DNA from: Clostridiales bacterium | Lineage (GTDB): Bacteria; Bacillota; Clostridia; Christensenellales; JAISNN01 | Length of the DNA: 64,000 nt | Reading direction: 5' to 3' | Assembly (NCBI GenBank): GCA_031276195.1 | Contig: JAISNN010000032.1 | Span: 5,863-69,862 of the forward strand | Shown: piece by piece, positions 1 through 9,760 of the stretch | Numbering within the stretch: position 1 is the first letter of the stretch | Layout: every line of letters starts with the position of its first letter | Translations under genes and position numbers: made by a program | Notes under the pieces: generated by a model | Databases searched by the model: none | Told to the model about the DNA's origin: nothing | The model's input: only the letters and a program-made list of their open reading frames with translations

Positions 1-262
1 ACGACGCCGCAATAAGGCTGACGGGGGTTACGCTCACGCGCTTATTCACGATCGGAATGCCGTAGCGGACGGCGAGCGCGTCGCCCGTTTGTTTGAGGCG
101 GCCGGCCTTTTTTACGATCTTTTCATAGACGGCGGCGGCGGTCTTTTTTTTGTCGTCGCTTATGCAGTCGAATAGGGAAATGCCCATAGTGATCGTCCTG
201 ATGTCGAGATGCAGGCTTTTGACCATATCGATTGTTTGCAAGATTTCGTTTATGTTGAGCAT
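1..262 (-). CDS. PFL-family / DUF711 (UPF0210) protein, 5' part only (runs off the window)
   Basis: Manual translation from ATG at 262 (RBS GGAGG upstream): MLNINEILQTIDMVKSLHLDIRTITMGISLFDC...YGIPIVNKRVSVTPVS, the typical DUF711 N-terminus; lies downstream of its usual ACT-domain partner. Confidence 0.85.
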   Translation of the reverse strand, partial: MLNINEILQTIDMVKSLHLDIRTITMGISLFDCISDDKKKTAAAVYEKIVKKAGRLKQTGDALAVRYGIPIVNKRVSVTPVSLIAAS

Positions 263-446
263 AATTTCCTCCGTGTGTTAAGGCGGTTTTGTATTCGCGA
301 ATGCGGACATAAAAACCGAACGTAATGATACGTCCTTTAAAAGTTTTCACGCTTTGCGGATTTTTAATATTATCGAATATTAAATTTTGCGTATAGAGTT
401 GAAACTTTTCACGCTTTATGAGTTTTTAAATTCTCAAATACGCCTT

Positions 447-716
447 TTAAATTTTGTGCATAGAGTTGAAAATTTCCTCGTTTTGCATACGTATTTCAAC
501 CTTCATTTCCGCGGCGATCTCTTGCAAAAGTTTGTCGGCATAGGCAAACTCCACGCTTGCATCCGAAAAATCCGCCGTCATAAGCATCGTGAAAAGTTCG
601 CCCATAATGGTTTGAGAGATGTCCTCGATATTGACGTTTACGTTAAAAAGACAGTTGCTGACCTTTGCTATTATTCCTTTTTTGTCCCGTCCGATGACGG
701 ATATTATTGCGCGCAC
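447..716 (-). CDS. ACT-domain protein (UPF0237-like)
   Basis: 89 aa, 'AIISVIGRDKKGIIAKVS...NIEDISQTI...FTM...EEIFNSMHKI'; adjacent to DUF711 gene. Confidence 0.9.
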   Translation of the reverse strand: MRAIISVIGRDKKGIIAKVSNCLFNVNVNIEDISQTIMGELFTMLMTADFSDASVEFAYADKLLQEIAAEMKVEIRMQNEEIFNSMHKI

Positions 717-730
717 GGCAAACTCCTTAT

Positions 731-1058
731 TTAGTGATTAGCGGTTAGTAATTAGTGATTAGTAATTATTGATTAGCGGTTATTGATTAGCGGTTAGCGG
801 TTAGTAATTATTGATTAGCGGTTAGCGGTTATTGATTAGCGGTTAGCGGTTATTGATTAGTGATTAGCGGTTATTGATTAGTGATTAGTAATTATTGATT
901 AGCGGTTAGCGGTTAGTGGTCGGTGGTCGGCGGTTATCGGCTGTTAGCGGTTAGTGATTAGCGGTTAGTAATTAGTGGTTAGCGGTTAGTGGATTGGCGG
1001 TTAGTGATTAGTGATTGGCGGTTAGCGGCTGTTAGCGGTTATTTAAGGTGATTAGCGG
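731..1058. repeat. Heptamer tandem-repeat tract (TTAGCGG / TTAGTGA / TTAGTAA / TTATTGA units)
   Basis: About 330 bp built almost entirely from interchangeable 7-mers, read directly from the sequence. Confidence 0.9.
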
Positions 1059-1068
1059 ACGATCGATT

Positions 1069-1557
1069 TTAATTTCCGTTATTTTCGTTATGGACGGCGT
1101 TGTCGAAGGCGACGACGATTCCGCAAGCGGCGGCGGGATTGATTTTGCTTTCGTCGATATAGATCTCGTAGGCGTCGCCCCAAGAAAAGTACCGTTTTTG
1201 GACGCTTGTTACGGCGTTTCCGTCCGCGTCGGAAATTCTGAACGTATAGCCCCAAAAAGAGCCGTCGATTCTGAGGTTTCCGTTTTGCGACGCGATCTCG
1301 AAGGTCGGTTTTAGGGTGAATTTTTGTTTAATAAACGCGATTTCGTTTCCGTCGGCTGAGAGCAGGCGGTATTGAGGCATAAGCGGCCATATTTTTTTTT
1401 CGATTGTCAAGACGGTTCGGTCGTCTTTTAGTAGGCGGAAAGTCTTCGGAAAACTGAAAAAACTGCCGCCCGCGCTGTAAACGACGTTTTGATTTTCATC
1501 GAAAAACGTAAATTTTTCGGTCAGAGAGAACACCTTTTGTTTTAAATAAAGATACAT
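1069..1557 (-). CDS. LURP-one-related / scramblase (Tubby C-like) family protein
   Basis: 'LYLKQKVFSLTEKFTFFDE...IDGSFWGYTF...KRYFSWGDAYEI' pattern typical of the family. Confidence 0.85.
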   Translation of the reverse strand: MYLYLKQKVFSLTEKFTFFDENQNVVYSAGGSFFSFPKTFRLLKDDRTVLTIEKKIWPLMPQYRLLSADGNEIAFIKQKFTLKPTFEIASQNGNLRIDGSFWGYTFRISDADGNAVTSVQKRYFSWGDAYEIYIDESKINPAAACGIVVAFDNAVHNENNGN

Positions 1558-1694
1558 AGTTCACCTCGTATTGCGTTTCCGGGTGTTTTTTAAGTATAAT
1601 AGTGAATACGGCTTAAAATATTGCGCTTTCGGCGTTATGTATTACGGATTCTAAATTCGAATTCAAAAATTCACGCGTTTTTAGAGGCGTTTTT

Positions 1695-2291
1695 TTACCA
1701 TTCGCGCCAATCCTCGGTAATATCTTTGCCCTCCGTATCGATGCCGGCGAGTTGAACCGCGGAGTCCATATAATCCCAAATCAACTCCCGTTCTTCGGTT
1801 TCGATCAGCGAATAATCCGTCGACTCGTTCAGGCGGTTAAACGCCGACACGGCGTTTTTTACGGCGAGCATAATGGTCTTTTCGCTTCCCAAACCGCGGC
1901 AAACCGCGTCCGTAAATTCTTCCAAAATACAGTCCGCCGCCGCGATATGCCCCTCGTATACGCCGCATTCGCCCTCTCCTTCGCTCAGAAACATTTCGCG
2001 CATTTCTTCGGACAGATAGTCCTTTTCTTTTTTATATGCTTGTAATTTTTGCGCGGTTTCCGACGATAAATCGACGAAAGGTTTGTTTCCGTCCGAGTAT
2101 CCCTTTTTCCGTTTGGACGAAATCAGCGTTTCGGCGGCTTTTGCGCAAGCCGCTTCGGTTTCAAACGTTTTCACCTCGAAATGTCCGAAAGTTCCGTTTT
2201 TGCCGTAGCGGACGTAATAACTTACGCCGCAATTCGTTATGCTCCAAAATTTATCGGAACCGCCGTCTTTGCATATCAAATAAACGTTCAT
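1695..2291 (-). CDS. WGR-domain protein
   Basis: N-terminal 'GSDKFWSI...VRYGKNGTFG...KRKKGY' WGR motif plus an acidic C-terminal domain ending REW. Confidence 0.8.
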   Translation of the reverse strand: MNVYLICKDGGSDKFWSITNCGVSYYVRYGKNGTFGHFEVKTFETEAACAKAAETLISSKRKKGYSDGNKPFVDLSSETAQKLQAYKKEKDYLSEEMREMFLSEGEGECGVYEGHIAAADCILEEFTDAVCRGLGSEKTIMLAVKNAVSAFNRLNESTDYSLIETEERELIWDYMDSAVQLAGIDTEGKDITEDWREW

Positions 2292-2394
2292 ACGCGACCT
2301 CCGTTTATTCCGTATTGCGTACGGATTAAAAGTTTTATTATTATAAATGCTATTTAAAAATCTCCGTTTTTTTTATAAAAAGCGGCATATGCCG

Positions 2395-2540
2395 TATATA
2401 ACGGATATAATTTAAACGGCTTTTCCGGAATTCCGCATATAAAACGCGCGGAACCGGTACAAAAAGCGATATGTAAATACAATCGATATATAACGGATAT
2501 AATTTAAACGGCTTTTCCGAAATTCCGCATAATAAAACGC
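2395..2540. repeat. Intergenic direct duplication (~45-50 bp, 2 copies)
   Basis: ATATAACGGATATAATTTAAACGGCTTTTCCGRAATTCCGCATA present twice. Confidence 0.8.
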
Positions 2541-2569
2541 AGACGGAAAAGCCGTATAAACTCTTTTAT

Positions 2570-3583
2570 TTAACCTTTCAAAGCTTGTTCGACGGCCACC
2601 GCCAAAGCGACCGTCGCGCCGACCATCGGGTTGTTTCCCATTCCGATAAGCCCCATCATCTCGACGTGCGCGGGTACGGACGAACTTCCCGCGAACTGCG
2701 CGTCGCCGTGCATTCTGCCCATCGTGTCCGTCATACCGTAACTCGCGGGACCCGCCGCCATATTGTCGGGGTGGAGAGTCCTGCCCGTTCCGCCGCCGCT
2801 TGCGACGGAAAAATATTTCTTTTTGTGTTCAACCGCCCATTTTTTGTACGTTCCGGCGACGGGGTGCTGAAAGCGCGTGGGGTTGGTCGAATTTCCCGTT
2901 ATGGAAACGTCGACCTTTTCGTGTTTCATAATCTCGACTCCCTCCACTACGTCGTCCGCGCCGTAGACCAAGACCGCCGAGCGTTCTCCGTCGCCGTAAG
3001 GGACTTTTTTGACGATTTTCAATTTTCCCGCCGCGTAGTTCATCTTTGTCTGAACGTAGGTAAATCCGTTCACGCGGCTGATAATATACGCCGCGTCCTT
3101 GCCCAAACCGTTCAAAATGATTTTGAGAGGGGTGGTTCTGACCTTGTTCGCGGTCTTTGCGATTCCGATCGCGCCCTCAGCCGCGGCGAAAGACTCGTGC
3201 CCCGCCAAAAAACAAAAACATTTGGTCTTTTCTTGAAGGAGCATAGAGGCGAGATTTCCGTGTCCCAAGCCCACTTCGCGGCGGTCGGCGACCGAACCCT
3301 TTATGCAGAAAGACTGCAAGCCGATACCGATCGCTTCGGCGGCGTCGGCGGCTATTTTCGCGTTCTTTTTGATCGCGATCGCGACGCCTACGGTGTATGC
3401 CCAAACGGCGTTTTCAAAGGCTATCGGCTGAATCCCCTTGACCGTTTCCTCAACGTTTATGCCGTGATCGGCGCAGATTTTCTTTGCCTCGTCGAGAGAC
3501 GCGATGTCATACTTTTTGAGGTATTCGTTGATTTTATCGATCCTTCTGGCATAACTTTCAAATAATAACGGTGAATTGCTCAT
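2570..3583 (-). CDS. GGGtGRT protein
   Basis: Contains 'SVASGGGTGRTLHPDNMAAGPASYG'; 337 aa. Confidence 0.95.
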   Translation of the reverse strand: MSNSPLLFESYARRIDKINEYLKKYDIASLDEAKKICADHGINVEETVKGIQPIAFENAVWAYTVGVAIAIKKNAKIAADAAEAIGIGLQSFCIKGSVADRREVGLGHGNLASMLLQEKTKCFCFLAGHESFAAAEGAIGIAKTANKVRTTPLKIILNGLGKDAAYIISRVNGFTYVQTKMNYAAGKLKIVKKVPYGDGERSAVLVYGADDVVEGVEIMKHEKVDVSITGNSTNPTRFQHPVAGTYKKWAVEHKKKYFSVASGGGTGRTLHPDNMAAGPASYGMTDTMGRMHGDAQFAGSSSVPAHVEMMGLIGMGNNPMVGATVALAVAVEQALKG

Positions 3584-3597
3584 TTTTTTTATACCCC

Positions 3598-4293
3598 CTA
3601 TTGATTCCGCGGAATGATTTTCGTTACGGCTTCGTTGAATCTGCCGTATGTGCCTTTCGATTTTTTGAGGGCTTCGTTCGCGTCCATACCCTTTGAGTTT
3701 ATCATCTCCATCATTTTTCCGAGATTGACGAATTCATATCCGATAACCTCTCCGTCCTTGTCGAGGGCGAGGGTAGTAACGTAGCCCTCCGCCATTTCGA
3801 GATACCGCACGCCCTTATATTCGGTTCCGTACATAGTCCCGATTTGCGAACGCAAGCCCTTGCCCAAGTCTTCCAAACCCGCGCCGATCGGAAGTCCGTC
3901 TTCCGAGAACGCCGACTGCGTACGTCCGTAGACGATTTGCAAAAAAAGTTCGCGCATAGCGGTGTTGATCGCGTCGCAAACGAGATCGGTGTTGAGGGCT
4001 TCCAAAATGGTCTTGCCCGAGAGAATATCCGCCGCCATAGCCGCGGAATGAGTCATACCCGAACAGCCGATCGTTTCGATCAAAGCCTCTTTGATAACGC
4101 CCTTTTTGACGTTCAGAGTGAGTTTGCACGCGCCCTGCTGCGGAGCGCACCAGCCCACGCCGTGGGTAAGTCCGCTTATGTCCTTGATTTCCTTCGCCCG
4201 AACCCATTTTCCCTCTTCGGGAATGGGAGCGGGTCCGTGATCGGGACCTTTTTTAACGCAACACATATTTTCGACTTCGTGAGAATATTGCAT
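3598..4293 (-). CDS. NifU/IscU-like Fe-S scaffold protein (usual partner of GGGtGRT)
   Basis: 'GVGWCAPQQGACKLTLNVK...TIGCSGMTHSAAMA...LVCDAIN' conserved cysteines. Confidence 0.9.
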   Translation of the reverse strand: MQYSHEVENMCCVKKGPDHGPAPIPEEGKWVRAKEIKDISGLTHGVGWCAPQQGACKLTLNVKKGVIKEALIETIGCSGMTHSAAMAADILSGKTILEALNTDLVCDAINTAMRELFLQIVYGRTQSAFSEDGLPIGAGLEDLGKGLRSQIGTMYGTEYKGVRYLEMAEGYVTTLALDKDGEVIGYEFVNLGKMMEMINSKGMDANEALKKSKGTYGRFNEAVTKIIPRNQ

Positions 4294-4549
4294 TAAGATT
4301 TGCCTCCTAAATATTAAATTTCATATATATTATAGCACAATAAGAAATATTATGGAAATAAAAACGTATGCTTTAAAATAAAAATTTGCCGCTTCCGCGC
4401 CGAATATGCCTCCGCGCCTTTGAAAACGCGGTATTTTTTTAAAAACCTTTGTAAAATATATTGAAATTACGGTAATTATGTGATATAATAGCAACGTATA
4501 AATTATGCTTCGGTAAAAAGCATAGATATCAGCGGATCGGAGGCGGTTT

Positions 4550-5116
4550 ATGAATTGTTTTATTCACGAGGACAGGACGGCGGTCGCGACTTGCGTCAAC
4601 TGCGGAAAGGGTATGTGTCCGGAGTGCGTCGCGTTTTTCGAGACGCCGGGAGGGCAGAATTACGGCTATTGCCCCGTCTGCCGGAGGAACGATATAGCCA
4701 ACGAAAAATTGGCGTTGGAGAGGGTCAGAAACGAACTTTGGATCAACGCTCACGTCGAAAAAAAGAAGGCGGTAAACAAGGCTTTCACGGTCTTGGCTTT
4801 TTGCATAGCGTTTTCGGCGTCTATTCTCGTTATGGAACTCGCCGCTAACGTCAATTTGATAAATATTATCGGCATAAACTTTGCGCCCATCGTTTTTCTC
4901 GGGGTTTCGGTCAGCATAAATACGCTGCTTTCGTTGATTCCGACGCTCGTAGGCGCGGTGATCTTTACGGCGATTATCGCGAGAGCCGTCAGAAAAAGTT
5001 ACGAAACCACTCAGCAGGGGAACGCGTATGAATTGTCGCGCTTTGAATTGGACAAATCTTTGGAATCTATCAACGCGGCTTTGGTGAAAAACAGGAGCAA
5101 CGTCAGAAGATTGTAG
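4550..5116 (+). CDS. Hypothetical membrane protein with N-terminal B-box-like zinc finger
   Basis: 'CFIH...CVNCGKGMCPEC...CPVC' then two hydrophobic segments; RBS GGAGG. Confidence 0.7.
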   Translation: MNCFIHEDRTAVATCVNCGKGMCPECVAFFETPGGQNYGYCPVCRRNDIANEKLALERVRNELWINAHVEKKKAVNKAFTVLAFCIAFSASILVMELAANVNLINIIGINFAPIVFLGVSVSINTLLSLIPTLVGAVIFTAIIARAVRKSYETTQQGNAYELSRFELDKSLESINAALVKNRSNVRRL

Positions 5117-5428
5117 TTTTTTTTATGAAAACGACAGACGGCATAAATAAAGGATTTTGTAAAATGCGGAATTCGGGAAAAAATATAATACTATAAAGAA
5201 TAAATTCCGGAAAAGTGTAATACTATGAAAAAAGGATCTATAAAAAGCATAATATGCAATATGTAATACTATAAAAAGGGAATCACGGGAGAGTATAATA
5301 CTACGAAAAAAGGATCTATAAAAAGCATAATATGCAATATATAATACCATAAAATATAATACTATAAAAAAAGAATTCCGGATAAAGTGTAATATCAAAA
5401 TATTAAAAAAAATCGAAACATTCAAAAA

Positions 5429-6691
5429 TTGGAGAATATAAAAACTATGTTGGTGTGCTTTAATTGCAAGCAAATAAAAGAGAGCGCGGACGGACATTGC
5501 GACGTCTGTAACGGCATCTTAAAAGAAATGAGGGACGATCAGAGTATCTGCTATATTTGCGGCGAGGTCGCGGACGATAGCAAAGGGTATGCTTTCTGCG
5601 CGAAATGCGGCGGAAAACTCGAAAAACCTCAAAAAATCGAAACGAAAGTCAATATCGACGCGGACAGAATCGCGAAAGCCAACGCCATAGCCGCGCTCGC
5701 GGGGCTGGATTCGCGCAAATCGTCAAAATCTTCATCCGCGCCCGCGGCGCAAAGCGCGAAAACCGTATATAATAATCCGAATCCGACACCCGTGAAACCC
5801 GTATATCCGGAATCCGTGAAAGAACCCGTAAAACCCGTTGAGAAAATACAGACGGTAAAAACCGTTGAAAAAGCCGAAGCGGCGAAACCTATTTATGAAA
5901 CTCAAACGGCGAAAACCGTAATAAATCCCGTTCCCGAAATCCAAACGGTAAAAACGACGGAAAGTTATATTCCCGAAGTCCGGGAGGTAAAAACGGTTAA
6001 GCCTATTCCCGAAGTCCGGGAGGTAAAAACCGTTGAAAAAGCCGAAGCGGCGAAACCTATTTATGAAACTCAAACGGTAAAAACCGTAATAAATCCCGTT
6101 CCCGAAATTCAAACGGTAAAAACGACGGAAAGTTATATTCCCGAAGTCCGGGAGGTAAAAACGGTTAAGCCTATTCCCGAAGTCCAAGCGGTAAAAACCG
6201 TTGAAAAAGCCGAAGCGGCGAAACCTATTTATGAAACTCAAACGGTAAAAACCGTAATAAATCCCGTTCCCGAAATCCAAACCGTCAAGACGGTAAAACG
6301 GGAAGAGGTGAAAGAAGCGGAAACCGCCGATAAAAACGCGGAAAAAGAGGGCAAAAAAAGCGAAAAAATCTCCAAAAAAGACGCGAAAATAGCCGAAAAA
6401 ACCGCAAAGAAAAATGCGAAAATCGAGAAAAAAGTTGCGAAAGCGGAGGAAAAAGCGGGCAAAGCCGCCGGTAAGGCGAATATCGCCGCGGAAAAAGCGG
6501 CAAAAAAGACGAATAAGGCGAACGGCAAGGCGAATAAGGTCATAGATAAATCGAACAAAAAGGCGAATAAGGCGGCGGCGAAAGCGGAGAAAAAAGCGGA
6601 CAAAGCGGCGGAAAAGTCGGGCAAGGTCGCGGCGAAAGCGAATAAGGCGATTGAAAAGGTACACAAAATCGAGAGTAAAATAAAGAAATAA
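5429..6691 (+). CDS. Hypothetical protein: Cys-rich double zinc ribbon, Pro/Thr/Val/Lys repeats, Lys/Ala-rich tail
   Basis: Four CxxC pairs; repeated 'KTVEKAEAAKPIYETQTVKTVINPVPEIQTVKTTESYIPEVREV' blocks; KA-rich C-terminus; start may be the ATG of MLVCFNC. Confidence 0.7.
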   Translation: MENIKTMLVCFNCKQIKESADGHCDVCNGILKEMRDDQSICYICGEVADDSKGYAFCAKCGGKLEKPQKIETKVNIDADRIAKANAIAALAGLDSRKSSKSSSAPAAQSAKTVYNNPNPTPVKPVYPESVKEPVKPVEKIQTVKTVEKAEAAKPIYETQTAKTVINPVPEIQTVKTTESYIPEVREVKTVKPIPEVREVKTVEKAEAAKPIYETQTVKTVINPVPEIQTVKTTESYIPEVREVKTVKPIPEVQAVKTVEKAEAAKPIYETQTVKTVINPVPEIQTVKTVKREEVKEAETADKNAEKEGKKSEKISKKDAKIAEKTAKKNAKIEKKVAKAEEKAGKAAGKANIAAEKAAKKTNKANGKANKVIDKSNKKANKAAAKAEKKADKAAEKSGKVAAKANKAIEKVHKIESKIKK

Positions 6692-7082
6692 AACTGTCGG
6701 AAAGGCGCGCAAAATAGGGAGCGGAATAAAGAAATAGACGTTCTGAAAAGTACGCTAAATCGAGAGTATAAGCGGCAAAAAGCGCGCAAAATAGGGAACG
6801 GAATAAAGAAATAGACGTTCTGAAAAGTAAGCGAAATAGAGAGTAAAATAAATTTTTTTAAAAAAGGCAATATTTATTGCCTTTTTTATTTGTTTTTATT
6901 TTGTTTTATGATATAATAAACATACGGATAGAATAGGGAATTATTTGCAATCGGTTATTAAAGATGAATAACTTGTTGAAATTTCAAACCGACCGTTTAA
7001 TTTTATACTAAATATATGTGAATAACAAAAAATCATCGAACGCCCTTTATACCGATCGGTTTTATGCGAATTGTGAATATGC

Positions 7083-7268
7083 CGCTTTAAATCGCGCGCG
7101 GAATGTATAATAATGTATAATATAGATATCACCGATACGCAGTTTAATTTTATAATGCCGAACGCTTTAAATCGCGCGGAATGTATAATATAGATATCAC
7201 CGATACGCAGTTTAATTTTATAATGCCGAACGCTTTAAATCGCGCGCGGAATGTATAATATAGATATA
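7083..7268. repeat. Intergenic tandem triplication carrying TG-TATAAT boxes
   Basis: CGCTTTAAATCGCGCG(CG)GAATGTATAATA... unit occurs three times upstream of the ABC ATPase. Confidence 0.8.
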
Positions 7269-7285
7269 CGGGAAATATTCAAAAA

Positions 7286-9094
7286 TTGGAGAATATAAAA
7301 ATTATGTTGGTATGCTTTAATTGTAAAGAAATCAAAGAGAGCGGCGTCGGCGGTCGTTGCGGCGTTTGCAACGGCGTTTTGAAGGAAATGAGGGAAGATC
7401 AGAGCATATGTTTTATTTGCGGCGAGGTCGCGGACGACGGCGCGGGGCGTACTTTTTGCGCGAAATGCGGCGGAAAACTCGAAAAACCGCAAAAAGCCGA
7501 AACGAAAATTAATATCGACGCGGACAGAATCGCGAAAGCCGACGCTATAGCCGCGCTCGCGGGGTTGGATTCGCGTAAAACGTTGAACGCGGCGGCATAT
7601 CCGGCGAAAGAGAAGCGGACGGCGCGGCCCGTTGAAAAAATACATACGGCAAAGACGGTTGAAAAAACGGAAACTGTGAAACCCGTTTCCGAAAATAAAA
7701 CGGCTAAAACGGCGGCGGATTATGCTCCCGAAAATCAACCGAAAAAAATTGCTTTTAATCTCGTTCCCGAAAAACAAACGGTAAGGAATACAATAAATTC
7801 CGTTTCGGAAAGCCGGGAAGTGAAAGCGGAAAGCGATATTTCAGGAAAGCAAGCGGCAAAGAATACGATAAGTTCCGTTTCGGAAAGCCGGGAAGTGAAA
7901 GCGGAAAGCGATATTTTAGGAAAACAAACGGCAAGGAACGTTATAAATCCCGTTTCGGAAAGCCGTGAAGTAAAAGCGGAAAGCGATATTTTAGGAAAAC
8001 AAACGGCAAGGAACGTTATAAATCCCGTTTCGGAAAGCCTGGAAGTAAAAGCGGAAAGCGATATTTCAGGAAAGCAAGCGGCAAGGAATACGATAAGTTC
8101 CGATACCGAAAAGCAAGAGGCAAAGACCGAAAGGGATTCCGTTTCGGAAAAAAAGGCGGCAAAAACGCCCGAAGTGGTTTTGGACGTGCAGAATTTGACG
8201 AAAGCGTACGGCGACAGAAAGTCGGTGGACAACGTTTCGTTTCAGGTTTACGCGGGTGAGATTTTCGGCTTTTTGGGTCCGAACGGCGCGGGTAAGACCA
8301 CGACGATCAGAATGATTTCGGGGTTGGCGAAGATGACGGCGGGCGAGATATTCATCGCCGGGCATTCGGTCAAGAAAAATTTCAAAAAAGCCGTTTCGTG
8401 TCTGGGCGGAATCATTGAGAATCCCGAAATGTACAGATATATGTCGGGCTACGACAATATGAGATATTACGCCGGTCTGTACGACGGCATCACGGCGGAG
8501 GATATCGACGAGGTTGTAAAGTTGGTCAAAATGGAAAACCGCATACACGAAAAGGTGAAAAAATATTCGCTCGGTATGCGTCAGAGAGTGGGTATCGCGC
8601 AGAGCCTTTTGCATCACCCGCGTATTTTGATTCTCGACGAGCCGACGAACGGACTCGATCCCGCGGGAATTCACGAGATGAGAGATTTTTTGAAGATGCT
8701 GGCGCACGAAAGAGGCTATTCGGTCTTTATTTCCAGCCACATTTTGACGGAAATGCAGTTGCTTTGCGACAGAGTGGGAATTATCGCGAACGGAAAACTT
8801 CTCGCGGTCAAGTCTATGGACGAATGGACGGAGGCCCTCTCCGATACCGTAAACCTAAAAATCACGGTCAGCGACGCGGAAAAAGCGAAAAAGATCATCG
8901 CGGAGGAATTCCGGATCGACGCGGCGGCGAATAAAAATCTTTTGAATTTCACGATCGGTTCGGAATTGATGCCCGAGATTTCAAAGACGCTGGCGAAGTA
9001 CGATATAGCGGTTTTGTCGATGTACGCGGGAGAGAAGTCGTTGGAGGAAACTTTCTTGGAATTGACCAGCGGCGCGGGAACGTCGATTAAGTAA
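7286..9094 (+). CDS. ABC transporter ATP-binding protein with ~290-aa N-terminal extension
   Basis: Walker A GPNGAGKTT, signature YSLGMRQR, Walker B ILDEPTNGLD, SSH switch; N-terminus is a paralog of ORF 5429 plus 25-aa repeats. Confidence 0.9.
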   Translation: MENIKIMLVCFNCKEIKESGVGGRCGVCNGVLKEMREDQSICFICGEVADDGAGRTFCAKCGGKLEKPQKAETKINIDADRIAKADAIAALAGLDSRKTLNAAAYPAKEKRTARPVEKIHTAKTVEKTETVKPVSENKTAKTAADYAPENQPKKIAFNLVPEKQTVRNTINSVSESREVKAESDISGKQAAKNTISSVSESREVKAESDILGKQTARNVINPVSESREVKAESDILGKQTARNVINPVSESLEVKAESDISGKQAARNTISSDTEKQEAKTERDSVSEKKAAKTPEVVLDVQNLTKAYGDRKSVDNVSFQVYAGEIFGFLGPNGAGKTTTIRMISGLAKMTAGEIFIAGHSVKKNFKKAVSCLGGIIENPEMYRYMSGYDNMRYYAGLYDGITAEDIDEVVKLVKMENRIHEKVKKYSLGMRQRVGIAQSLLHHPRILILDEPTNGLDPAGIHEMRDFLKMLAHERGYSVFISSHILTEMQLLCDRVGIIANGKLLAVKSMDEWTEALSDTVNLKITVSDAEKAKKIIAEEFRIDAAANKNLLNFTIGSELMPEISKTLAKYDIAVLSMYAGEKSLEETFLELTSGAGTSIK

Positions 9095-9107
9095 GAGGTT
9101 TTTTTAG

Positions 9108-9560
9108 TGGGAATTGAGGAGAAATAGAACTGCGGAAAATAATAGACAAAAGAGAAGTATTGGCGTGTGAAAATAAGAGGAAAAAGAGATAATAATAAGG
9201 TCGCCCCACCCCTACACCCCTCCCGCGGAGGGGAATTGAGGAGAAATAGAACTGCGGAAAATAATAGACAAAAGAGAAGTATGGGCGTGTGAAAATAAGA
9301 GGAAAAAGCGGAATATAAAGATAAAAAAACAAGATAAAAAAACGCGGCAAACGAAGCGCGTAAAAAGAGATAATAATAAGGTCGCCCCACCCCCTAACCC
9401 CCTCCCACGGAGGGGAATTGAGGAGAAATAGAACTGCGGAAAATAATAGACAAAAGAGAAATATGGGCGTGTGAAAATAAGAGGAAAAAGCGGAATATAA
9501 AGATAAAAAAACGAGAGAAAAAACGCGGCAAACGAAGCGCGGAAAAAGAGAAAAAAACGA
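9108..9560. repeat. Tandem duplications containing two copies of a GC-rich palindromic (REP-like) element
   Basis: GGAATTGAGGAGAAATAGAACTGCGGAAAATAATAGACAAAAGAGAA x3; CGCCCCACCCC...CCCCTCCCRCGGAGGGGAATT at ~9202-9237 and ~9383-9419. Confidence 0.85.
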
Positions 9561-9760
9561 GATAAAAAAACGCGGTATAGAAGCGCGAAAAACGTTATAT
9601 TAAATGTTACATCATAAGTTATATTATAACATATAATTTATGTTATAACGGCAAAAGCGGAAATCAAACGGCATACATTAAATACGGCAAAAGCGGAAAT
9701 TAAGTCAAATATTATAAATTCGGTATGAAATATCATAATTCAATACGGTAAGGTAGATAG

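Noticed and set aside
2585-3565. 326-aa + strand ORF and similar antisense ORFs over ppdK, alaS and rplA
   Set aside because: Antisense to well-conserved genes; expected from codon bias
5732-6870. Long Phe/Arg-rich minus-strand ORFs (also 25726-26185, 8716-9390, 28437-29558, 41475-42014)
   Set aside because: Shadow frames of A-rich repeats or of real + strand genes; no RBS or family motifs
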